Positions 37,826-47,089 of a stretch of DNA of 64,000 nt are shown here, piece after piece. This DNA comes from an uncultured Pseudomonadota bacterium (lineage in GTDB: Bacteria; Desulfobacterota; Syntrophorhabdia; Syntrophorhabdales; CAYQXL01): positions 13,602 through 77,601 of the forward strand of contig CAYQXL010000002.1 in assembly GCA_964421445.1 (NCBI GenBank), given 5' to 3'. Position numbers and translations under genes: made by a program. Below the pieces are notes generated by a model. That model had not been told where the DNA came from. It did not search any database and was given only the letters and a program-made list of their open reading frames with translations. Every line of letters begins with the position of its first letter. Position 1 is the stretch's first letter.

Positions 37826-39316
37826 ATGGCAATACTGGCGGAAGTAAGCAAAAATTACGGAAAGCTGGGGCTCTATATAAACGGCGAATGGGTCGCGCCG
37901 GCAGCCGAACAATATTTTGAAACGACCAACCCTGCTACCGGCGAGGTGATTGCCGAAGCTCCAATGGCCTCCAAAGAACAGGTGGATCAGGCCATAGGGG
38001 CTGCCCATGAAGCGTTCAAGAAATGGAGGAACGTGCCTTTTCGGGACAGGGCAAAAATGATCTTTACGCTCAGGGAAAAGTTCGTTGAACATCACGAGAA
38101 GCTCGCCCGTATCCTTGTTCAGGATCACGGATGTACGATTGACGAGGGAAGGGGTACCATTTCGAGATGTATCGAGAATATAGAGGCCGCGGGGAGCGCC
38201 ATGTACAGCTACTACAGGGGCCAGCATGTCGAACAACTGGCGACAGGGATCGACTGTTATCAGGTCTATGAGCCTGTCGGTGTTTTCATGATCATTACGC
38301 CGGGCAACATACCGATGCATGCCTGGTCCTCTTTTGTGCCTTATGCGCTTGCCTGTGGTTGTTCGGTTCTTGTGAAACCGAGTCGTCAATGCCCTGTCTC
38401 TGCCGATGCCATGTTTAAGGTTCTTGACGAGGCGGGTTTTCCGGCCGGTGTGGCGAATCTTCTCCATACAGGCCCCGACAGAAGCCTCAACACCCAGATT
38501 CTCTCCGATCCGAGGGTAAAAGGGGTCGGTCTCATCGGCTCGACCCGGGTCAGCAAGGAGCTTTTTGAACTCTGCGGAAAGTATGGGAAACGATCGTCGC
38601 TTAACGGGAACGGAAAAAATTATATCGTTGTCATGCCTGACTGTGAGCTCGATAATGCAGTGAACTATATACTCCGCGGATGTTTCGGCATGACGGGACA
38701 ACGGTGCCTCGGTTCGGACAATGTGGCTGTGATTGGTGATGACAAAAGGTTTGCCGCATTGAAGGAAAAACTGATCGCCGCTTCTCAGGCGATGAAGATG
38801 GGGTACGGTCTTGATGAAGCAGTGGAACTCGGACCTCTTACAACAGAGAATGGCCGGAATCAGGTTCTCGATTTCATCGATTCAGGGATCAAATCAGGAG
38901 CCAAACTCATCCTTGACGGCCGCACGGTTAGAGTTTCCGGGTATGAGAAGGGGTATTTTCTCGCCCCTACGATCTTCGAAGGGGTTACCCCTGATATGCA
39001 CGTGGCAAAGGAAGAGGCCTTTGGACCAATGTGCAATCTCCTCCGGGCGAATGATCTCGACGAGGCAATCGGGTGGATCAACGGTACCAACTACGGCCAT
39101 TCGGCCTGTATTGTCACGGAGAGCGGAAAGGTTGCCCGGAAGTTCATCAGAGAATGTGACGTTGGAAATGTCGGGGTGAACGCCGGTATTCCCCAGCCTT
39201 TTGCCTTTTTTGGTCTTGGTTCCAAAAAAGATTCCTTTTTCGGCATGTCCAAGTCACGGATGGACTCAATCAAACTCTTCCTCGATGAGAAGACAGTGAC
39301 TCTTCGGTGGGTATGA
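37826..39316 (+). CDS. aldehyde dehydrogenase, methylmalonate-semialdehyde dehydrogenase (CoA-acylating) type
   Basis: 496 aa. ALDH fold with catalytic Cys in FGMTGQRCLG (Arg-Cys as in MMSDH GQRCMA). Asn replaces the general-base Glu 34 residues upstream (LNGNGKNYIVVMPD, compare ANMGAKNH.VVMPDA). SD AAGGAGGG. Confidence 0.8.
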   Translation: MAILAEVSKNYGKLGLYINGEWVAPAAEQYFETTNPATGEVIAEAPMASKEQVDQAIGAAHEAFKKWRNVPFRDRAKMIFTLREKFVEHHEKLARILVQDHGCTIDEGRGTISRCIENIEAAGSAMYSYYRGQHVEQLATGIDCYQVYEPVGVFMIITPGNIPMHAWSSFVPYALACGCSVLVKPSRQCPVSADAMFKVLDEAGFPAGVANLLHTGPDRSLNTQILSDPRVKGVGLIGSTRVSKELFELCGKYGKRSSLNGNGKNYIVVMPDCELDNAVNYILRGCFGMTGQRCLGSDNVAVIGDDKRFAALKEKLIAASQAMKMGYGLDEAVELGPLTTENGRNQVLDFIDSGIKSGAKLILDGRTVRVSGYEKGYFLAPTIFEGVTPDMHVAKEEAFGPMCNLLRANDLDEAIGWINGTNYGHSACIVTESGKVARKFIRECDVGNVGVNAGIPQPFAFFGLGSKKDSFFGMSKSRMDSIKLFLDEKTVTLRWV

Positions 39317-39403
39317 ACGGAAAAAAATAGCCTCCCGTCGGTCTACCGCTCGATTGGAAAACATAGTATGCTTATGCATGGATTCCAATCAAGGAGGACG
39401 GTT

Positions 39404-40486
39404 ATGTGCGAAGAATGCAGGGAGATTTCTCGAAGGGGTTTTCTGAAGGGTGCGTTGATCGGGGGGGCTGCGGCAGGGCTCGGCATCCTCGACAGCAACC
39501 TCCTTCTTGCCCAAAGCTCGACCATCAAATTCAGCACGTGGCATCCACCCGTCAGCCGTGAGGTAAAGACGGTCTGGACCCCGATGATGGAGGAACTGAA
39601 GAAAAAGAGTGGCGGCAAACTCGGTTACACCATGTATGCCGGGGCAGCTCTCGGCAAGGGTCCTGAACATTTCGATATCGTTGCCAAAGGACTCTCGGAT
39701 ATGGGGTATTTTACTGCCACCTGGACGCCGGGACGGTTTCCCCTTACCGATGTCCTCTCGCTTGCTGTCTGGGTTGACGGTAAGGATGTGGCCGCGGATA
39801 TCGGGAACGCAGTCTACACAAGGGCCCTGAAGAATGAGTTCAAGAACGTTAAGGTCCTTGAACTGAACGGGTGTATTCAGTCCTTCATCTGGACGAAGAA
39901 GCCTGTGAGTAAAATGGCCGATCTGAAAGGCATGAAACTCAGGTCTCCCGGAGGTCATCAGACAAACTACATCAAATCCCTCGGAGCGGAACCGGTATTT
40001 ATGCCCCTTGGTGATGTCTATATGGCAATGGAAACAGGGACGGTGGATGGTATTGTAACCTGTCCACCCCTTATCCTGGCATACAAGCTGTACGAAGTGG
40101 CGAAGAACGCGACGGTCCTCACCTTCGGCTGTGTCTCCGAAGGGGCGGTGATGAACATGAATAGCTGGAACAGGCTATCGGGCGATCACAAAAAACTCGT
40201 GGAAGAGGTCTGTACCAACCCTTTCAAATCGACAGGGGGCCTTACACGGGATGACTACAAGGTGATCATGACGGAAATCCAGAAAGCGGGAGTGAAGTTG
40301 ATCGATCTGCCGAAGCCGGAAGCGGACCAGTGGTATAAGAGGTTCCAGGACGTTACACGGAAGTGGGTTACCGACATGGAAGCAAAAGGCCTTCCGGCAA
40401 GGAAGACGGTTGCCATAATGAATGAGGAATGCGAGAAGAGAAAGGTACAGCTCGTTGCCTGTCCTCCCGAGTTTAAGAAGATCTGA
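39404..40486 (+). CDS. dctP: TRAP transporter substrate-binding protein (DctP family) with twin-arginine signal
   Basis: The ATG lies behind AAGGAGGA. SRRGFLKGALIGGAAAGL is a Tat-type signal. DLKGMKLRSPGG contains the conserved carboxylate-binding Arg of DctP proteins. Confidence 0.87.
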   Translation: MCEECREISRRGFLKGALIGGAAAGLGILDSNLLLAQSSTIKFSTWHPPVSREVKTVWTPMMEELKKKSGGKLGYTMYAGAALGKGPEHFDIVAKGLSDMGYFTATWTPGRFPLTDVLSLAVWVDGKDVAADIGNAVYTRALKNEFKNVKVLELNGCIQSFIWTKKPVSKMADLKGMKLRSPGGHQTNYIKSLGAEPVFMPLGDVYMAMETGTVDGIVTCPPLILAYKLYEVAKNATVLTFGCVSEGAVMNMNSWNRLSGDHKKLVEEVCTNPFKSTGGLTRDDYKVIMTEIQKAGVKLIDLPKPEADQWYKRFQDVTRKWVTDMEAKGLPARKTVAIMNEECEKRKVQLVACPPEFKKI

Positions 40487-40501
40487 CAAGAAGAGGTCTG
40501 G

Positions 40502-40996
40502 GTGGGTACCGTGCAGGCTGTGAGGATGTTTGTCGACCGGGTTACGCGGATCATGGGCACCGTGGGAATGATCTTTGTTATCCCCCTCATGCTCCTGACG
40601 ACGGGCGATGTCCTGGGAAGAGGTCTTTTCAATAAACCTATCGCCGGAACGTTTGAGACATCAGAATATATGCTCGCCGTGATAATACTCCTCGGTGCCG
40701 CCTACACCCAGCAGGTCAAGGGTCACGTGGCTGTAGACTTTCTTACGGTCCATTTCAGCGAAAGAGCCCGGTTGATCTGTAAGGTTTTCACCATGGCCCT
40801 GAGCCTCTTCATTGTAACGGTCATCGTATGGCAGGGCTTTGTTCTCGGACTGGAAGAGACGGGCGTTACGGATCAGTTGAGGATACCCAGGGCACCCTTT
40901 AAGATGCTTGTGGGCATTGGGGGATTTTTTTTGTGGCTCCAGGTTCTTTTTGATCTGATCGATGCGGTCCTCGGGCTGAAAAAGAAGGGTATGTGA
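40502..40996 (+). CDS. dctQ: TRAP transporter small permease
   Basis: 164 aa, four TM segments, position between dctP and dctM. A GTG start is assumed; the ATG at 40526 is an alternative. Confidence 0.78.
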   Translation: MGTVQAVRMFVDRVTRIMGTVGMIFVIPLMLLTTGDVLGRGLFNKPIAGTFETSEYMLAVIILLGAAYTQQVKGHVAVDFLTVHFSERARLICKVFTMALSLFIVTVIVWQGFVLGLEETGVTDQLRIPRAPFKMLVGIGGFFLWLQVLFDLIDAVLGLKKKGM

Positions 40997-42300
40997 ATCC
41001 CATAACGATAGGTATACTCGGTTGTTTCGTCATGGTTGTCCTCCTGTTTTTGGGGATGCCTATCACCTTTGTCATGATGTTCGTCGGGTTTTGCGGTATC
41101 TGGTACCTGTCGGGACTGGAGGCCGCCCTTCCGGTAGTCGCGAGCACGCTCTATGAAACGGCTGCCCACTATCCTTTTACCATTATACCTCTTTTTGTCC
41201 TGATGGGCGGTTTTGCCGATGGATCAGGGATAACGACACGCCTCTACGATACATTCGACAAGTGGTTCAGGAGGCTCCCCGGAGGATTGGGTATCGCCAC
41301 CATTGTTGCCATTGCCGGTTTTTCGGCCATCAGCGGTTCATCGGTGGCCACGTCTGCGGCCTTTGCCAAAACGGTCATCCCTGAGATGAGACGATACAAA
41401 TATAAGCCCGGTTTTGCCGGTGGAATCGTTGCAGCAGGGGCGACCATCGACTTCCTGATACCCCCTTCCATCGGGTTCGTGGTTTACGGGATGCTTACGG
41501 AGCAATCGATCGGCAAGCTCCTCATAGCCGGTATGCTCCCCGGTCTTCTCCTCGCCGCCCTTTTTGTGGCAATCATTGTGGCATGGGTCACGATCAACCC
41601 GTCCATTGCCCCTGTTCCTCCCGGGAGGCCGACATGGAAAGAGCGGCTTTTTTCCCTCTGGGGCATGTGGGAAACACTCGTCGTCTTTCTCGTCACCATC
41701 GGAGGGATGTACCTCGGGTACGTCAATCCGACGGAGGCGGGAGGGATCGGATGCATATCCCTGCTTGCCATTACCCTTATCAAGAAAGAACTTACCTGGA
41801 AGCAGTTTGTCGACAGCCTCTATGAGACAACGCGGGTGACCTGCATGGTCATGTTTCTTGTTGCCGGAGCCAGCCTGTTCAGCTATTTTCTTGCTCTCTC
41901 CACGATCCCTACGGCAGCTTCATCGTGGATTTCAGGCCTTGGGGTTTCACGGTATATGGTTCTCATCATTGTTGTCGGGGTCTATCTCGTCCTCGGGTGT
42001 TTTCTCGATGCTGTTTCCATGATGGTTCTTACCATGCCCGTTGTCTTTCCGGTTATGGTAGGCCTCGGATTTGACCCCATATGGTTCGGCGTGATCTGCG
42101 TTCTTATGATGAATGCCGGCCTTATCACCCCGCCTGTCGGTCTCAATGTGTATACCATCGCAGGTATCGTTCGCGATGTGCCCATGAAAGACGTTTTTAA
42201 GGCCGCAACCCCCTTTCTCATAGCGATCCTGGTGACGGCGGTCATTCTGACCGTCTTTCCCGTGATCGCGACCATATTGCCGGCCCAAATGGTCAGGTAG
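40993..42300 (+). CDS. dctM: TRAP transporter large permease
   Basis: 435 aa, polytopic. The GTG start overlaps the dctQ stop (GTGA). Typical DctM pattern (LLFLGMPI..., PPSIGFVVYG). Confidence 0.92.
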   Translation: MNPITIGILGCFVMVVLLFLGMPITFVMMFVGFCGIWYLSGLEAALPVVASTLYETAAHYPFTIIPLFVLMGGFADGSGITTRLYDTFDKWFRRLPGGLGIATIVAIAGFSAISGSSVATSAAFAKTVIPEMRRYKYKPGFAGGIVAAGATIDFLIPPSIGFVVYGMLTEQSIGKLLIAGMLPGLLLAALFVAIIVAWVTINPSIAPVPPGRPTWKERLFSLWGMWETLVVFLVTIGGMYLGYVNPTEAGGIGCISLLAITLIKKELTWKQFVDSLYETTRVTCMVMFLVAGASLFSYFLALSTIPTAASSWISGLGVSRYMVLIIVVGVYLVLGCFLDAVSMMVLTMPVVFPVMVGLGFDPIWFGVICVLMMNAGLITPPVGLNVYTIAGIVRDVPMKDVFKAATPFLIAILVTAVILTVFPVIATILPAQMVR

Positions 42301-42346
42301 GAGAGGATATGGTTCGATCGGCATGCCAGGGCTGGAGGTGCGGGGG

Positions 42347-42823
42347 ATGAAGAAGATATATTTTGTGCTCAATGGAAAGCCAGTGGAAGCGAATGTAGAA
42401 GATAATGAGACGGTTATCGAGATGCTCCGGGAGAGGTTTGGCCTGAAAAGTGTGAAAGAGGGCTGCTCTATCGGCGAATGCGGTGTCTGTACTGTTCTCG
42501 TCGACGATGAACCACGGTACGGGTGTTTGACCCTTTCGTTCAAAGTGGACGGAAGGGACGTGAAAACCGTCGAGTTTCTTGGAGATGGGGAGAACATTCA
42601 TCCTCTCCAGCAATCATTCATGGAGAGTGGGGCTGTCCAGTGTGGCTACTGTACGCCGGCCATGCTTCTGACGGCTTACAGCCTCCTCCTGAAGAAGGGG
42701 AAGGGGTTGACCAGGGACGATATCCGTGGGGCTCTCAGCGGTAACCTGTGCCGCTGTACGGGCTATATTCAGATTATTGAGGCTGTGGAAAATGCTGCCG
42801 GAATTCTCGACAGAAATCGCTGA
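42347..42823 (+). CDS. molybdenum hydroxylase [2Fe-2S] small subunit (CoxS/XdhC-iron-sulfur type)
   Basis: Plant-type cluster motif CSIGECGVCTV plus the second-cluster motifs QCGYCTPAM and CRCTGY. Confidence 0.92.
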   Translation: MKKIYFVLNGKPVEANVEDNETVIEMLRERFGLKSVKEGCSIGECGVCTVLVDDEPRYGCLTLSFKVDGRDVKTVEFLGDGENIHPLQQSFMESGAVQCGYCTPAMLLTAYSLLLKKGKGLTRDDIRGALSGNLCRCTGYIQIIEAVENAAGILDRNR

Positions 42824-43628
42824 GTCCAAAGACGATGCCCTGAAGAGGCTTGCCCGCGATCCTTCGGCAAAGATCATGGCCGGAGGAACGGATCTTCTCA
42901 TCACGATGAGAAAAGGGAAACGATGGCCCGTGGTCCTGGACATTTCATCGATTCCGTCGCTATCGTACATTTCTTCCCACGAAGAGACCCTCTCTCTCGG
43001 ATCGCTGGCGACTCACGGGATGATCGCCGCCGATGAAACCGTGCGGGATTATGCCCCGGGCCTCGCCTATGCCTGCAGCCAGATAGGATCTCCCCAGATC
43101 AGAAACGCCGGAACTCTTGGCGGCAACCTCGTCAATGCATCGCCCGCTGCTGATTCCCTTCCTCCTCTTCTCGTTCATGACGGGTCAGTGATCCTTGAAT
43201 CCCTTCAGGGCACGAGAGAGGTGCCGATAGAGGAGTTTATCGCCGGTCCCTATAAAACAACGATCGAGCCCTACGAACTCGTCTCAGCGGTGCGCCTGAA
43301 AGTGTTGAAGGATTGCCGTCAGGGGTACCGCAGAGTTGCCAAGAGAGCAACCTGGGCCATTTCGCGACTTTCCCTGGCCTGGGCCCTGACTGAGGGGGAT
43401 GGACGATTCGGGGAGGTGCGGCTCGCTGTAGGGTCATGTACCCCTGCGCCTTTCAGGGCCAGAAAGGTGGAGGATTTTTTGAGGGGAATGGAAAAGACTG
43501 AAAGGACGATCGCCCGGGCAGTCAAGATAATGACTGATGAAATCGTGGCAGTCAGCGGGGTGCGGCCTTCCTATCTCTACAAAATCCCCGTCCTGGAAGG
43601 GCTTATGAGAATGGTTCTGGAGAAATAG
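42792..43628 (+). CDS. molybdenum hydroxylase FAD-binding medium subunit (CoxM type)
   Basis: I chose the internal ATG (MLPEFSTEIAESKDDALKRL...IMAGGTDLL); it overlaps the small-subunit gene by 32 nt. AGTLGGNL FAD motif. Confidence 0.87.
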   Translation: MLPEFSTEIAESKDDALKRLARDPSAKIMAGGTDLLITMRKGKRWPVVLDISSIPSLSYISSHEETLSLGSLATHGMIAADETVRDYAPGLAYACSQIGSPQIRNAGTLGGNLVNASPAADSLPPLLVHDGSVILESLQGTREVPIEEFIAGPYKTTIEPYELVSAVRLKVLKDCRQGYRRVAKRATWAISRLSLAWALTEGDGRFGEVRLAVGSCTPAPFRARKVEDFLRGMEKTERTIARAVKIMTDEIVAVSGVRPSYLYKIPVLEGLMRMVLEK

Positions 43629-43632
43629 GCGA

Positions 43633-45780
43633 ATGAACATCGGCATTCCGATTCCCCGTACGGACAGTATGGATAAGGTCCTTGGCAGGCCGCTCTTTGC
43701 CGGCGATATCTATCCCAGAGACGCTCTCCATGCTGCGGTGGTCAGGAGCACCCGTCCTCACGCCAGGGTCAGGTCCGTCGATATCCGCCGGTCACTTGAG
43801 ACTCCGGGGGTCGTAAAGATCCTCTCGGCCCGTGATATTCCCGGTGAAAACCTCTTCGGAGCCATACGGAAGGACCAGCCCTTTCTTGCAGGAGAAATTG
43901 TCAGGTATGCCGGTGAGCCCCTCCTTGTCGTTGTGGCCGAAACGGATCGCCAGGCCCGGGAAGGTGCCGATCGTGTGAGAATCGGCTACGATGACCTGGA
44001 TGTTCTCATCGATCCGGTTACCACAAGCCGTTCACCTGCCTCCATTCACGATGAGGGCAATCTTCTGAGCATGCGGCGGGTTGTGAAAGGTGACGCATTA
44101 CGGGCCCTTAAAGACTGCGACGTGGTCGTAGAGAACACTTACAGGACAGGATGGCTCGATCATGCTTTTCTTGAGACGGAGGCGGGGTTCGGGTATCAGG
44201 ATGAACGGGGGCGCATTGTTGTTGTTTCGTCCACCCAGAACATTCATTACAAGATGAAAGAGATCTCCCGCCTTCTCGCAATGCCCGAGGATCGTATCCG
44301 TGTCATACAGGCCACGACAGGCGGTGGGTTCGGAGGGAAGCTCGATGTGACCGTTGAGGGCTTTATCGCACTTGCCGTCTATCATACGGGCCGTCCGGTG
44401 GTGATGCGGTTCAGCCGGGAAGAAAGCTTCCTTTCCAATACCAAACGGCACCCCCTCTACGTGGAATACAGGACAGGAGCGAAAAAGGATGGCTCCATTC
44501 TGGCTGTGGACGTGTCGATCGTCGGTGATACCGGTCCCTATGCATCCTACGGCGAGACAGTCTGCCTGAGGGCCGCCATTCATGCCACGGGACCGTACGA
44601 GGTTCCTCACGTTTCAGTGGAGAGCCGCATGTACTACACGAACAATCCCGTATCCGGGGCTATGAGGGGTTTTGGTATCCCCCAGCTTGCCTTTGCCCAC
44701 GAATCTCAAATGGACGAAGTGGCGAAAGCGCTGAACATGGATCCCTTCGACATCAGGATGAAGAACGGGTTGAGGAAGGGATCATTGACGGCGACATCCC
44801 AGGTTCTTGAGGCCAGCGCCGGATTTATCGACACATTGAAGGCTGTTGAGCCCTTTTGGCGAGGACGGAAGAAAGACCATGGTGAACAGGGATTCGGTCT
44901 GGGATGCATGTTTTACGGCTGTGGAAATACGGGGATATCGAATCCTTCATCGGCCTACATCACGGTACGGGGCGATGGGAGAATTGCTCTCCATACAGGT
45001 GTCTGTGAAATAGGACAGGGCTCTGACACCATACTCGTTCAGATTGTCCAGGAGACAGTTGGATGCGGTAAAGATGACATTGTTCTCGTCCGGGGGGACA
45101 CGGACACATCCCGCGATGCAGGTTCATCGTCGGCGAGCCGGCAGACCTATATCTCGGGGAAGGCCGTACAGAGGGCCGCCGAGAACCTCCGAATCTACCT
45201 TGATAAAAAAGGTTTTCCAGGCGGTGATAAACTCACGGACGTCTGTCGTCGCGACAAGGACCTCCCTTCGCTGGTCTTCGACGGATATTTCGATCCTCCT
45301 GCAGGGACCGTTGATCCTGTGACGTCCCAGGGAAGTCCCTATGGAACGTATGCATTTGCGACCCACCTGTCTGAAGTGAATGTGGAGGAAATCACAGGTA
45401 TCTGTTCGGTAAAAAGAGTCTATGCCGCCCATGACGTAGGACGGGCCATCAACGTCCATAACATTAAAGGTCAGATCTGTGGCGGCGTGGCCATGGGCAT
45501 AGGATTCGCCCTGATGGAGGAATTTGTTCCCGGCCGGACCGAATCGCTCGATACATATTACCTTCCCACGTCAGCCGATATGCCTGAAATTGAAGCTCTG
45601 ATCATCGAAAACCACGAGCCCACCGGGCCCTTCGGGGCAAAGGGGGTAGGCGAGCCGGCTCTCATTCCCCAGGCAGCGAGTATCGTGAACGCCATCTGTG
45701 ATGCGACCGGTGTGCGACCCTTCAGATTGCCCGTTGATATGGAAAGGCTGAAGGAGCTTTTGGGAAAGAAGCGGGAATAA
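43633..45780 (+). CDS. molybdenum hydroxylase molybdopterin-binding large subunit (xanthine dehydrogenase family)
   Basis: 715 aa. GGGFGGK, AMRGFGIPQ and GVGEPAL (catalytic Glu) motifs. The substrate cannot be read from the sequence. Confidence 0.92.
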   Translation: MNIGIPIPRTDSMDKVLGRPLFAGDIYPRDALHAAVVRSTRPHARVRSVDIRRSLETPGVVKILSARDIPGENLFGAIRKDQPFLAGEIVRYAGEPLLVVVAETDRQAREGADRVRIGYDDLDVLIDPVTTSRSPASIHDEGNLLSMRRVVKGDALRALKDCDVVVENTYRTGWLDHAFLETEAGFGYQDERGRIVVVSSTQNIHYKMKEISRLLAMPEDRIRVIQATTGGGFGGKLDVTVEGFIALAVYHTGRPVVMRFSREESFLSNTKRHPLYVEYRTGAKKDGSILAVDVSIVGDTGPYASYGETVCLRAAIHATGPYEVPHVSVESRMYYTNNPVSGAMRGFGIPQLAFAHESQMDEVAKALNMDPFDIRMKNGLRKGSLTATSQVLEASAGFIDTLKAVEPFWRGRKKDHGEQGFGLGCMFYGCGNTGISNPSSAYITVRGDGRIALHTGVCEIGQGSDTILVQIVQETVGCGKDDIVLVRGDTDTSRDAGSSSASRQTYISGKAVQRAAENLRIYLDKKGFPGGDKLTDVCRRDKDLPSLVFDGYFDPPAGTVDPVTSQGSPYGTYAFATHLSEVNVEEITGICSVKRVYAAHDVGRAINVHNIKGQICGGVAMGIGFALMEEFVPGRTESLDTYYLPTSADMPEIEALIIENHEPTGPFGAKGVGEPALIPQAASIVNAICDATGVRPFRLPVDMERLKELLGKKRE

Positions 45781-45875
45781 GATGAGATAACGGATCAGGC
45801 CGGACGACCCTCAACGATGATGAAGGCGTCCCATGGAGAATCAAGTCGAAAAATACGTAAGCAGGAGGTTGATCA

Positions 45876-47030
45876 ATGAGTACGTTAACCATACAGAATA
45901 TTGGCGTTGTCTTCACCGGTGATTTGAGTGCTCCTGTCATCGAAGGACCTTGTGCGGTCTATGTGGAAGACGGAAAGATTGCAGCAGTCGGGACGACCGG
46001 TGATTTTACCGCCGATAAGGTCATCGATGCCAATGGAATGACAGTCTGTCCCGGTCTTATCGATTCCCATACGCACCCTGTCTTCGGTGATTTTACACCA
46101 CGGCAGAATCAGCTTGGGTTTATCGAAAGCAGTCTTCACGGTGGTGTGACTGCCATGATATCAGCCGGCGAGGTTCATCTCCCAGGCCGGCCTACCGATC
46201 CAAAGGGGACGAAGGCCCTCGCTTTGCTTGCGCAGCGGTCGTTTGCGAAGCTGAGGCCTGCCGGTGTAAAGGTGTACGGTGGCGCGTTAATCCTCGAAAA
46301 AGGTCTTACTGAGGACGATTTCCGGGAACTGTCGGACGATGGTGTCCGCCTCGTCGGTGAAATAGGACTGGGGAGCATCAAATCGGCGAGTGAAGCGAAG
46401 ACAATGGTTGAGTGGGCCAAGAAATACGGCATGAAAGTGATGATGCATGTCGGTGGTACGTCGGTGCCGGGAAGTTCGACCGTCACCTGCGATGATGTTC
46501 TCACGGCAGATCCCACCGTTGCCTGTCATCTCAATGGTGGTCCGACAAGTGTCCCTGTTGATGAAGCGAAACGGATCATCAACGAATCTCAGGTGACAGT
46601 CGAGATCGTCCATTGTGGCAATATGCTGTCGGCTTTCGAGATCGGCAGGTACATGAAGAACAGGAACCTCCTCAGCCGGCTGATTATCGGGAATGATGCG
46701 CCGTCGGGAACGGGTGTCATTCCTCTCGGAATATGGAGGATGGTTGCGTACCTCTCCGCTCTCTGCGGCGTCTCCGCTGAGATGGCCGTCTGCTGCGCCA
46801 CCGGCACCACGAAGACCGTCTATGATCTGTCGCACGGGATGATCCGGGTCGGCGACGATGCAGACCTTCAGATTATTGATGCACCGATGGGGTCGGCCGG
46901 GTCGGATGCGAAATCGGCGATAGAGGCAGGTGATATTCCCGGCGTTGCGATGGTTGTTATTGATGGTCTCGTGAAAACAGGAGTGAGCAGGAATACGCCG
47001 CCTCCTGTGAGAAAGGCTGTGATCCTCTGA
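45876..47030 (+). CDS. amidohydrolase-superfamily enzyme, enamidase-like
   Basis: 384 aa. Composite beta-sandwich N-terminus and the DSHTHP metal motif. Size and context (next to the Hnr-like gene and a Mo hydroxylase) match enamidase of nicotinate fermentation. SD AGGAGG. Confidence 0.6.
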   Translation: MSTLTIQNIGVVFTGDLSAPVIEGPCAVYVEDGKIAAVGTTGDFTADKVIDANGMTVCPGLIDSHTHPVFGDFTPRQNQLGFIESSLHGGVTAMISAGEVHLPGRPTDPKGTKALALLAQRSFAKLRPAGVKVYGGALILEKGLTEDDFRELSDDGVRLVGEIGLGSIKSASEAKTMVEWAKKYGMKVMMHVGGTSVPGSSTVTCDDVLTADPTVACHLNGGPTSVPVDEAKRIINESQVTVEIVHCGNMLSAFEIGRYMKNRNLLSRLIIGNDAPSGTGVIPLGIWRMVAYLSALCGVSAEMAVCCATGTTKTVYDLSHGMIRVGDDADLQIIDAPMGSAGSDAKSAIEAGDIPGVAMVVIDGLVKTGVSRNTPPPVRKAVIL

Positions 47031-47089
47031 CCGATGCTTCGAAATGGTCCGGGTTATTCCACGGGAGAGAATGAAGAGGACAAGATTCC

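Noticed and set aside
43633-45780. Possible selenocysteine or a split large subunit, as in the selenium-dependent E. barkeri nicotinate dehydrogenase.
   Set aside because: The ORF is continuous, with no in-frame TGA or split. The selenium of that enzyme class is a labile cofactor ligand rather than Sec, so the sequence cannot inform on it.
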